64,000 nt of DNA from an uncultured Acidimicrobiia bacterium. GTDB taxonomy: Bacteria > Actinomycetota > Acidimicrobiia > IMCC26256 > JAENVU01. Under the pieces are notes generated by a model. The model saw only the letters and a program-made list of their open reading frames with translations, searched no databases and was not told where the DNA came from. The stretch is from assembly GCA_963756815.1 (NCBI GenBank), contig CAVWPR010000015.1:76-64075 (forward strand), written 5' to 3'. Within the stretch, counting starts at the first letter, position 1; each line of letters begins with the position of its first letter. The translations under genes were made by a program, and so were the position numbers. Positions 56,754 to 64,000 of this stretch are shown piece by piece.

Positions 56754-56906
56754 CTACTTCTCGTCCGTGAAGCCCTCGTAGGCGTCGAAGTCGAAGTCGT
56801 CGTCCGGCTCGCTGTCACCGTAGGAGCGGCGACGCGACATCACGACCGCGCCGGCGATGATGCAGAGGATCGCGAGCCCACCGAAGAGGAACCATCCGAA
56901 GTACAT
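56754..56906 (-). CDS. 50-aa single-pass membrane protein with acidic tail (below ORF-track size cut-off)
   Basis: Hand translation gives MYFGWFLFGGLAILCIIAGAVVMSRRRSYGDSEPDDDFDFDAYEGFTDEK. The ATG lies about 10 nt after the stop of the upstream MFS gene on the same strand. Confidence 0.45.
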   Translation of the reverse strand: MYFGWFLFGGLAILCIIAGAVVMSRRRSYGDSEPDDDFDFDAYEGFTDEK

Positions 56907-56915
56907 GACCGCACG

Positions 56916-58559
56916 CTACCCGTGGCCCGCGGCGACCGCAGCCGCCGAGTCCTCCGCGTGGTACTCCTCGATCAGCCGCTCCTCGTCCGCCTGCTTCGGG
57001 AAGAAGAAGAAGACGAGTGCGAACCCGAGCGCGATTGCGAGGATTCCGGCCGTGTAGGCCCAGTTCGCGCCGTCGAGGAACGACGACTCGGCGGCCGAGG
57101 TGATCTGCGTCGCGTACTTCGGATAGTGCGCGGCGACCGCGCTCGCGCTCGCGAACGACTGCTGCAGCTGGTCCTGTGTGGTGGACGTCACCGAGGCGCC
57201 GGACCCGACGATCGCGGCCGCCATCGCCGCTGCGTATCCGGCGGTGAGCAGTGCGCCGAGGATCGACTGCATGATCGCCCCGCCCAGGTCGCGCTGCAGG
57301 TCCGCGGTGCCCGAGGCCATGCCGGCGCGGGTCACCGGCACCGACCCGGTGAGCGAGTGCGACGCGGGCGTCCCGGCGAATCCCACCCCGATGCCCACGA
57401 ACGCGTAGGCGAGGCCGACCTCCCAGTACGGGGTCCCCTTGTCCCAGAGCACGAGCATCGTGAGGAATCCGGCGAGCACGAAGCAGTACCCGACGAGGAG
57501 CGTGAACCGGGAGCCCTTCGCCTCGATCAGCTTCGCCGAGCGCGGCGCGACGATCACCATGAACACGACGGCGGGGAGGATCGACGCCCCGGCACTGAGC
57601 GTCGAGTAGCCGAGCACGTTCTGCAGGAACTGCTGGCCGATGAACGCCGCCGCCATGAGCGATCCGAACACGATGATGCCGGCGCAGGCGGCGACCCAGA
57701 AGATGCGTCGCGCCGCGACAGCGAGGTCGTAGAGCGGGAATCGGGCCGACCGCTGCCGGAGGAAGAAGCCCAGCCCGGCCAGGACCGCGACGATCCCCAG
57801 GCCGATGGCGACCCCGCCCTTGTCGGGGACGGGCGCGAAGTTGATCGCCACGATCAAGGCGCCGACCGCGACCGCCGAGAGCACGCCCCCGAGGTTGTCG
57901 ACGGGATCCGTGGTCTCGTTCACGTGGCTCGGCACGAGGCGCAGCGCGAGCACGAGCGCGACTGCGGCGAGCGGCAGCGTGACCAGGAACACCGAGCCCC
58001 ACCAGAAGTGCTGGAGCAGCGCGCCGGCCACGAGCGGGCCGAGCGCCGAGATCGCGCCACCGATCGCCGACCAGAGCGCGATCGATCGCGTCCGCGAGTT
58101 CCCGGACCACAGCGCGGTGATGAGCGCCAGCGTGGTGGGATACGCCATGCCGGCGGACAGGCCCCCGAGGACGCGTGCGCCGATGAGCACCTGTTCGTTC
58201 GGTGCCCAGGCTGCGAGCAGGCACGCCGGCACCGACAGCGACACGCCGAGGATCAGCATGAGCTTGCGGCCGTACCGGTCGCCGAGCGCGCCGAGGTAGA
58301 GCACCGAGGCCGCGAGTCCGAGCGAGTACCCGACCGCGATCAGGTCCAGGGAGGTCTGCGAGGCGTCGAACGCCTTCCCGATGTCGGGCAGCGCGACGTT
58401 GGCGACCGAGAGATTGAGATTCGCCACGGCCGCGACGAGGATCAGGGCGACCAGCACCAGACCGGACCGCTCGGGCGCCGCGTCCACCGTCGGCTCGGTT
58501 GCCACCACGCCCGACCCCCTCGTCACACCGCTGCTCGCGGCAACCACTCGATCCGTCAC
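56916..58559 (-). CDS. MFS transporter, DHA2 (14-TM) type
   Basis: This is the body of ORF 56916..58676 (..NLNLSVANVALPDIGKAFDASQTSLDLIAVGYSLG..). Start set provisionally at GTG 58559; GTG 58508 or the ORF start 58676 are also possible. Confidence 0.9.
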   Translation of the reverse strand: MTDRVVAASSGVTRGSGVVATEPTVDAAPERSGLVLVALILVAAVANLNLSVANVALPDIGKAFDASQTSLDLIAVGYSLGLAASVLYLGALGDRYGRKLMLILGVSLSVPACLLAAWAPNEQVLIGARVLGGLSAGMAYPTTLALITALWSGNSRTRSIALWSAIGGAISALGPLVAGALLQHFWWGSVFLVTLPLAAVALVLALRLVPSHVNETTDPVDNLGGVLSAVAVGALIVAINFAPVPDKGGVAIGLGIVAVLAGLGFFLRQRSARFPLYDLAVAARRIFWVAACAGIIVFGSLMAAAFIGQQFLQNVLGYSTLSAGASILPAVVFMVIVAPRSAKLIEAKGSRFTLLVGYCFVLAGFLTMLVLWDKGTPYWEVGLAYAFVGIGVGFAGTPASHSLTGSVPVTRAGMASGTADLQRDLGGAIMQSILGALLTAGYAAAMAAAIVGSGASVTSTTQDQLQQSFASASAVAAHYPKYATQITSAAESSFLDGANWAYTAGILAIALGFALVFFFFPKQADEERLIEEYHAEDSAAAVAAGHG

Positions 58560-58663
58560 GTCTCGGGCGGCGATCGGCGCCCGGCCCGGACCCAACCTAG
58601 GGTCTCGGCTCGCCTCGGTGGACGACCACCGCAGATCCGCATCCTCCGCAGAAGGACAGCTCC

Positions 58664-59095
58664 GTGAAGCACGCACGCACCGTGATCGTCGTCGTCCTGG
58701 CGACCCTGGGTCTGTTCGCGTGCGGGTCGAGCTCCTCGTCGAGCAGCACCACGACCACGACGCAATCGGTCTGTGCCGCGAAGTCCGACCTGCAGCAGTC
58801 GCTCAAGGCCCTGACCGATCCGAGCACGTTGAGCGGCGGGAAGAGCGGCATCACCGACGCGCTCGACGCCGTGAAGCAGGACCTCGACGCCCTCGGCGCC
58901 TCGGTGAGATCCGACCTGCAGCCCGACGTCGACGAGGTCAAGAGCTCCCTCGACGACCTCAAGACGGCACTCGGCAAGCTGGGCAGCGGGTCCGCGGGGT
59001 CCGGTATCAGTGCCGTCGGCGACGCGATCGGCAAGGTGTCGACGTCGACCACCAAGTTGGTCGAAGCGGTCACGACCCGTTGCCCGTCGAACTGA
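58664..59095 (+). CDS. helical lipoprotein, unknown function
   Basis: 143 aa. Has MKHARTVIVVVLATLGLFACGSS (lipobox) and a Ser/Thr linker. It then has heptad-like D-L-x-x-L repeats and a Cys near each end. Confidence 0.75.
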   Translation: MKHARTVIVVVLATLGLFACGSSSSSSSTTTTTQSVCAAKSDLQQSLKALTDPSTLSGGKSGITDALDAVKQDLDALGASVRSDLQPDVDEVKSSLDDLKTALGKLGSGSAGSGISAVGDAIGKVSTSTTKLVEAVTTRCPSN

Positions 59096-59135
59096 CGCGG
59101 CTCCGCCGACGCGCCCGGCAGTAGCGTCCCCCGGC

Positions 59136-61523
59136 GTGACCGGGGCAGCCGACACCAGCACCGACGCGCCCGCCGCGCCACGGCGACGGCTGCGCATCCC
59201 CGCGCCGGTCGATGCCGGCACCCCGGAGCGTCGACCGGCCGATCTCGCGCTCGTCGTCGTCGCGCTCGTCGGCGTCGTGCTCACCGGGATGTGGGCACAG
59301 ACCGGCTCGACCATCGACGCCAGCCTCTTCTCGGTCGTGAACGGGCTGCCGAACGCCTTCGAGGGCCTCGCCGAGGTCCTGAACTTCCTCGGCTCGCTCT
59401 GGTTCGTCGGCATCGTGGTCGCGTTCCTCCTCATCGCCCGGTGGCTGCCGGCGGCGCGTGACGTGGCGGTGGCCGCGGGCGGCGCCTGGCTCCTGGCACG
59501 CGGACTCGACGCGCTGCTCGGGACGCGCGCGGCCGACGGTCTCGACGTCGTGGTCCGCACCGGCACGGGTCCCGCGTTCCCGGTCGCGAGCGTCGCCGCG
59601 TTCACCGCACTGACGGTCGCGCTCTCGCCGTATCTCACCCGCCCGATCCGTCGCCTCCTGCTCGTCACGATCCCGTTCGTGGCGCTCGCGTCGATGTACC
59701 TCGGCACCGGGTTCGCCTCCGACGTCGCGGGCGGGCTGTGGCTCGGGCTGGCCGCGGGTGCGTTGGTGCACCTCGCGTTCGGCGCGCCGGGCGGGCGACC
59801 GTCGGCCGCCCAGATCCGCGACGCGCTCACCGAGCTCGGGATCGCCACGACCTCGGTGACCCCGTCGACGGAGGACGTCGCCCACGTCACGGTGATGGAG
59901 GCCGAGCTCGCGTCCGGGGACCGGGCGCGGGTCGTGGCCTACGGGCGCGACCAACGCGACGGCCAGGTCGCGGCGCGACTCTGGCACGCGGTGATGTACC
60001 GCGCGCCGGGCGTTCCGACCTTCGGGAGTCGACTGCAACAGGTCGAGCACGGCGGGTACGCGCTCCTCCTCGCCGGCCGTGCCGGGGTCCGTGCCCCGCA
60101 CCTCGTCGGCACCGGTGTCGCGGGCCCCGACGCCGCGCTCCTCGTGTCCGACATCCCGGCGGGGCGACCACTCGCCGAGCTCGGCGACGACGTCGACGAC
60201 CGCTCCCTCGGCGCCGCATGGGCTGCGGTCGACGCGCTCCACTCGGCCGGTATCGCCCACGGCAACCTCACGACGGCAACCCTCCTGCGCCAGGACGACG
60301 GCGGGATCGCGTTCACCGACCTGGGCGACGCGCACATCGGGACGATCGCCTACTGGCGGGACCGCGACGTCGCGGCGCTGCTCGTCGGCACCGCCGCGCT
60401 CGTCGGCGACGACCGCGCGATCGCGGCGGCGGTCACCGCGATCGGCCCGGACCGCGTCAGTGCCGCGATCCCGCTGATCCAACCGGCCGCGCTCCCACGC
60501 GGGGCCGGCGCGGGCGTCGCGCACTTCGGCAAGGTGCTCAAGGAGCTGCGCACCGCGGTCGCCACGGCCACGGGCGTCGACGACGTCGCGCCGCTCAAGG
60601 TGAAGCGACTCAGCCTCGTGAACATCGGGATGCTGATCGGCATCGTGATCGCGCTGGCGATCGCGATCCCGAGCCTCGAGGCCGTCGACTGGCACACCGT
60701 CCAGCAGGAGTTCGAGCACGCGACGTGGGGCTGGGCGGTGCTGACCCTCATGCTCTGGCCGCTCATCCCGATGTCCTGGGCCACCGCGTTGATGGGATGT
60801 GTGGCGATCGATCTCCCGTTCGTCCCCACGGTGCTCACGCAGGTCGCGTGCAGCTTCTTGAACCTCATCACGCCGAACGGCATCGGGGGTACGGCGCTGC
60901 AGCTCGACTACCTCCACCACCAGGACGTCCCGGTGGCGTCCGGCGCGAGCGCCATGGTCCTCTCCACCGGCGTCGGCGGCGCGATCCAGATGATCCTCTT
61001 CCTGGTCGCGGCGGCGATCACCGCGACCTCGGTCGAGTCCTCGAGCTCCGGCGTCAGCATCTCCCTCGGAGCGATCGCGGTCGGCGCCGCCCTCGTGGGC
61101 GTGGTGCTCTGGATCCCGAAGGTGCGGTCCAAGGTCGTCCCCGCGGTCAAGCGCGCCGCGAACGACATCTGGTCGGTGCTGCGCAACCCGAAGAAGGGGC
61201 TGCAGCTCGTGGGCGGCGACCTCGCCGGCAACCTCATCTACCCGGCGTTGCTCGGCCTCTGCCTCCTCGCGTTCGGGACCTCACTCACCTTCGCCCAGCT
61301 CGTGGTCGTCCAGGTCGGCGCCGGCATGCTCGGCAACGTCGCACCCGTCCCCGGTGGCATCGGCGTCCAGGAGGCCGCGCTGACCGCGGGACTCACCTCG
61401 TTCGGCATCGACACGAATACGGCACTCGCGACGGTGATCGTGTTCCGCACGATCACGTTCGCGATCCCGCCGATCATCGGGTTCTTCACCCTGCACTGGC
61501 TGCGGCGGCGCGGCTACGCCTGA
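59136..61523 (+). CDS. large membrane protein: polytopic N-domain, kinase-like domain lacking catalytic residues, MprF-type flippase-like (UPF0104) C-domain
   Basis: Within ORF 59010..61523, with the start set at GTG 59136. The N-terminal part has about 6 TM segments. The central region has RIO/Kdo-kinase-like blocks (QQVEHGGYALL, LHSAGIAHGNLTTATLL, IAFTDLGDA). The C-terminal 8-TM region ends ..APVPGGIGVQEAALTAGL.., as in lysyl-PG-synthase TM domains. Confidence 0.85.
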   Translation: MTGAADTSTDAPAAPRRRLRIPAPVDAGTPERRPADLALVVVALVGVVLTGMWAQTGSTIDASLFSVVNGLPNAFEGLAEVLNFLGSLWFVGIVVAFLLIARWLPAARDVAVAAGGAWLLARGLDALLGTRAADGLDVVVRTGTGPAFPVASVAAFTALTVALSPYLTRPIRRLLLVTIPFVALASMYLGTGFASDVAGGLWLGLAAGALVHLAFGAPGGRPSAAQIRDALTELGIATTSVTPSTEDVAHVTVMEAELASGDRARVVAYGRDQRDGQVAARLWHAVMYRAPGVPTFGSRLQQVEHGGYALLLAGRAGVRAPHLVGTGVAGPDAALLVSDIPAGRPLAELGDDVDDRSLGAAWAAVDALHSAGIAHGNLTTATLLRQDDGGIAFTDLGDAHIGTIAYWRDRDVAALLVGTAALVGDDRAIAAAVTAIGPDRVSAAIPLIQPAALPRGAGAGVAHFGKVLKELRTAVATATGVDDVAPLKVKRLSLVNIGMLIGIVIALAIAIPSLEAVDWHTVQQEFEHATWGWAVLTLMLWPLIPMSWATALMGCVAIDLPFVPTVLTQVACSFLNLITPNGIGGTALQLDYLHHQDVPVASGASAMVLSTGVGGAIQMILFLVAAAITATSVESSSSGVSISLGAIAVGAALVGVVLWIPKVRSKVVPAVKRAANDIWSVLRNPKKGLQLVGGDLAGNLIYPALLGLCLLAFGTSLTFAQLVVVQVGAGMLGNVAPVPGGIGVQEAALTAGLTSFGIDTNTALATVIVFRTITFAIPPIIGFFTLHWLRRRGYA

Positions 61524-62119
61524 GCCACCGCCTCGGACGCGTGCTGCTTCGGCGGCCGGCCCATCCAGACACTCGCGACGAAGAAGCACACGCCGCCGAG
61601 CGCCGTGCCCGCGTTCACCCAACGGATGTTGATCGGCTCACCGGTGGTGGGCAGCACGTAGGCGGCGACGGCCGCCAACCCGAACATGATCGAGCCGATC
61701 ATGTTCAGCCACGCGATCCCGCGGTCACGACGCGTCGCGACGACCATGGCCACCGCGACGAGCGCGAGCACGCTCGACGCGAGGAACAGGGCCGAGCCGT
61801 AGAAGTCCGGGGACCACACCAGCCGCTTCTCCTGGGACGCCGAGAGCCCGGTGATCAGCGCTCCGAGTGTCGACACGTTGAACTCGAGCGTCCCGACCCA
61901 CTGCACCGCGGCGCTCCACCAGTTGACGCGCTCCGGATCCCGGGCGAACAGCGCCACTTTGGTCCGAGATCCCCGCACCTGGAGCGTGGCCGCACTCGTG
62001 AACAGGATCGAGCCGACGAAGAACGTGACGCCGACGACGGTCGCGTCGACGTGGTCGTAGTAGAGCGGCACCGAGCCGAGCACGAAGCACAGCGACCCGA
62101 GCGCGAACAGCAGCGCCAC
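61514..62119 (-). CDS. membrane protein (YrhK-like repeats)
   Basis: 201 aa with six TM segments and two similar halves (LGSLCFVLGS.., IGSIMFGLAA..). The family call is tentative. Confidence 0.7.
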   Translation of the reverse strand: MALLFALGSLCFVLGSVPLYYDHVDATVVGVTFFVGSILFTSAATLQVRGSRTKVALFARDPERVNWWSAAVQWVGTLEFNVSTLGALITGLSASQEKRLVWSPDFYGSALFLASSVLALVAVAMVVATRRDRGIAWLNMIGSIMFGLAAVAAYVLPTTGEPINIRWVNAGTALGGVCFFVASVWMGRPPKQHASEAVAQA

Positions 62120-62128
62120 ACGCTCAGG

Positions 62129-63490
62129 TCACGTGTGGCTGAAGTGCGAACCGTCGCTCGCGCCGGGTGCGCCGGCGGCGAGCGCCGCGATCGACTTCTG
62201 CAGGCTCAACATCAGGAGACCGGCCAGATCGGCGGTGAAGCCCTCGCGGATCACGAACCGCAGGACGGCCACATCTTCGGCGCCTTCGGGCATCGTGTAC
62301 GCCGGGACCTGCCAGCCGTCGCGCCGCAGGTGGTCGGACACGTCGAACACCGTGTACGGCGTGTCGGCCTTGCACTGCACCGCGAACACCGGCATCTGCG
62401 AGCCGTCGGTGATGAGCTCGAAGGGACCGAGCGCGCCGATCTGGGCCGAGAGGTCCGTCGCGATGTCGCGCAGGGTCTCCATGATCGACGTGTAGCCCGC
62501 ACGTCCCAGGCGGATGAAGTTGAAGTACTGCCCCACCACCTGGTTGCCCGGACGCGAGAAGTTCAGCGTGAACGTGGGCATGTCGCCGCCGAGGTAGTTC
62601 ACGTGGAAGACCAGGTCCTCGGGCAGGTCGGACGCGTCCCGCCAGACCACGAACCCGATGCCGGGGTACGTGAGCCCGTACTTGTGACCGGAGACGTTGA
62701 TGGACTTCACCCACGGCAGCCGGAAGTCCCACTCCAGGTGCGGCTGGAGGAACGGCGCCACGAAGCCGCCGCTGGCCGCGTCGACATGCAGCGGGACCTC
62801 CATCCCGTTGGCCTCGTTGTGCGCGGCGATCGCGTCGTGGATCGCCCCGATCGGCTCGTACTCACCGGTGAACGTCGAGCCCAGGATCGCGACGACCCCG
62901 ATGGTGTTCTCGTCCAGCGCGCCCACGACCTGCTCCGGCGTGATCGCGTACCGGCCCGGCGCCATCGGGAGGTAGCGCGGTTCCACGTCCCAGTACTTGC
63001 AGAACTTCTCCCACACCACCTGCACGTTCGTGCCCAGCACGAGGTTGGGACGCTGCGCGTCGGCGGCGCCGATGCCGCGCCGGGCCCGCCACCGCCACTT
63101 CATCGCCAGTCCGGCGAGCATGACGGCCTCGCTCGACCCGATGGTCGAGGCACCGACGGCTTGTCCCGGCGCGTTGAACAGGTCACTCACCATGCTGATG
63201 CAGCGCCGCTCGATCTCTGCGGTCTGGGGGTACTCGTCCTTGTCGATCATGTTCTTGTCGAACGACTCGGCCATGAGACGGTCGGCCTGCGGCTCCATCC
63301 ACGTCGTGACGAACGTGGCGAGGTTCAGGCGGCTGCTGCCGTCGAGCAGGAGCTCGTCGTGGATCAGGCGGTACGCGGTGTCGGCGTCCAGCCCGTCCGC
63401 CGGGAGCGCGTCCTTGGGCAGCGGCGCGACGCTCGGACGCCCGCTGTACGCGACATGGACGTTCGGCGGGGCGGTGGTGGGGTCGTTCAT
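62129..63490 (-). CDS. gadB: glutamate decarboxylase (PLP-dependent)
   Basis: 453 aa with the PLP-lysine motif SINVSGHKYG and group-II decarboxylase blocks (NLATFVTTWMEP, DKDEYPQTAEIE). Confidence 0.95.
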   Translation of the reverse strand: MNDPTTAPPNVHVAYSGRPSVAPLPKDALPADGLDADTAYRLIHDELLLDGSSRLNLATFVTTWMEPQADRLMAESFDKNMIDKDEYPQTAEIERRCISMVSDLFNAPGQAVGASTIGSSEAVMLAGLAMKWRWRARRGIGAADAQRPNLVLGTNVQVVWEKFCKYWDVEPRYLPMAPGRYAITPEQVVGALDENTIGVVAILGSTFTGEYEPIGAIHDAIAAHNEANGMEVPLHVDAASGGFVAPFLQPHLEWDFRLPWVKSINVSGHKYGLTYPGIGFVVWRDASDLPEDLVFHVNYLGGDMPTFTLNFSRPGNQVVGQYFNFIRLGRAGYTSIMETLRDIATDLSAQIGALGPFELITDGSQMPVFAVQCKADTPYTVFDVSDHLRRDGWQVPAYTMPEGAEDVAVLRFVIREGFTADLAGLLMLSLQKSIAALAAGAPGASDGSHFSHT

Positions 63491-63587
63491 CGGCTGCCCT
63501 CTCTGGGTGATCTGGTGACGGGTCGGGGGACGGTATCCCAGGGCGCATCGTCACGTGGGGCCGCGTGGGTCGTGCCGACCGGAACGG

Positions 63588-64000
63588 TCAGTCGGTGCCG
63601 ACGTCGTCCTCGGCCGAGAGGAACGCGTCCCGCAGCCGCAGCGTCTGGGCCGGTCCCGGCAACGGCGGCGGCGCACCCTCGACGAGGGTCTCGTCGGTCG
63701 CACCACGAATCCATCGACCGATCCGTCCTGGGTCCTCCGCCAGCACCGGGCCGGCACAGGCGCCGATCATGATGCAGATCGCCGCCCCCGAGAACCACGA
63801 GACCAGCGCCAGCGCGACACCGAAGAACCCGAACTGCGCCTCGTTCTTGGTGACGAGGTTCGACATCCACGCCGTTGCCGAGATCCCGTAGGCGGTCAAC
63901 GCGACACCCGTGATGATGCCGGTCGGGATCAGCACCCGTGCGCGCACCTGCCCTTCGAGCATGAACCACGAGGTCAGCACCCACGCCCCGGGGACCGCCA
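63588..64000 (-). CDS. YihY/BrkB family membrane protein, N-terminus beyond window end
   Basis: ORF 63588..63980 plus the open frame to 64000 (..GVALALVSWFSGAAICIMIGACAGPVL..) resembles the C-terminal TM segments of the YihY gene at 32162..33139. Confidence 0.7.
   Translation of the reverse strand, partial: AVPGAWVLTSWFMLEGQVRARVLIPTGIITGVALTAYGISATAWMSNLVTKNEAQFGFFGVALALVSWFSGAAICIMIGACAGPVLAEDPGRIGRWIRGATDETLVEGAPPPLPGPAQTLRLRDAFLSAEDDVGTD

Noticed and set aside
59738-63772. 1344-aa ORF on the plus strand, the longest in the track
   Set aside because: It runs in an alternative frame through the kinase-flippase gene, then antisense through the YrhK-like, glutamate decarboxylase and YihY genes. 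Its composition is Arg/Pro/Gly junk typical of open off-frames in very GC-rich DNA.
1-64000. rRNA, tRNA, tmRNA or other structured RNA genes
   Set aside because: Scanning the intergenic regions by eye showed no T-loop (GGTTCGAATCC-like) or other recognisable RNA-gene motifs. All gaps longer than 100 nt look like promoter or terminator regions. A covariance-model scan would be needed to be certain.

Overview
Very GC-rich, densely coding chromosomal segment of actinobacterial type. Supporting markers are mycothiol-type DinB, DUF222-HNH, an LPXTG protein and many GTG starts. I can support about 62 protein genes. I saw no rRNA, tRNA, CRISPR array, transposase, integrase or phage genes. Content is mostly accessory metabolism and envelope functions:
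- Three efflux modules with their regulators: TetR plus two ABC half-transporters, MarR plus MFS, and a divergent DHA2-type MFS.
- Glycoside hydrolases: GH26, GH15 and DUF2961/GH172-like.
- Many oxygen-dependent enzymes: a BVMO, two TauD-superfamily enzymes, PhyH, ABM, DUF2236, an HD-domain protein and PNPOx-like proteins.
- bioB and a glutamate decarboxylase.
- Several lipoproteins and membrane proteins of unknown function.

Many long ORFs in the track are alternative-frame or antisense artefacts of the GC bias and were discarded.

The strongest cross-cutting signal is that 15 otherwise well-conserved genes are each interrupted by a single frame change (one of them twice). Every change is in the same +1 direction, and where it can be located it sits in or next to a short G/C run. 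I read this as consensus insertion errors rather than gene decay, but I annotate these genes as pseudogene or frameshifted.

Candidates for undescribed biology:
- Two paralogous ~800-aa membrane proteins combining a polytopic N-terminus, a kinase-like domain lacking catalytic residues, and an MprF-type flippase-like domain.
- A tightly overlapped SDR / QueA-like / Cys-containing regulator operon with no other queuosine genes nearby.
- A convergent HD-domain plus TauD-family pair reminiscent of PhnY/PhnZ or TmpA/TmpB chemistry.
- An orphan VioC/AsnO-like amino-acid hydroxylase next to an RpiR regulator.
- A translationally coupled unknown-protein / APH-like kinase pair.

Coordinates derived by hand from the printed sequence may be off by 1-2 nt. 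Coordinates taken from the ORF track are exact.
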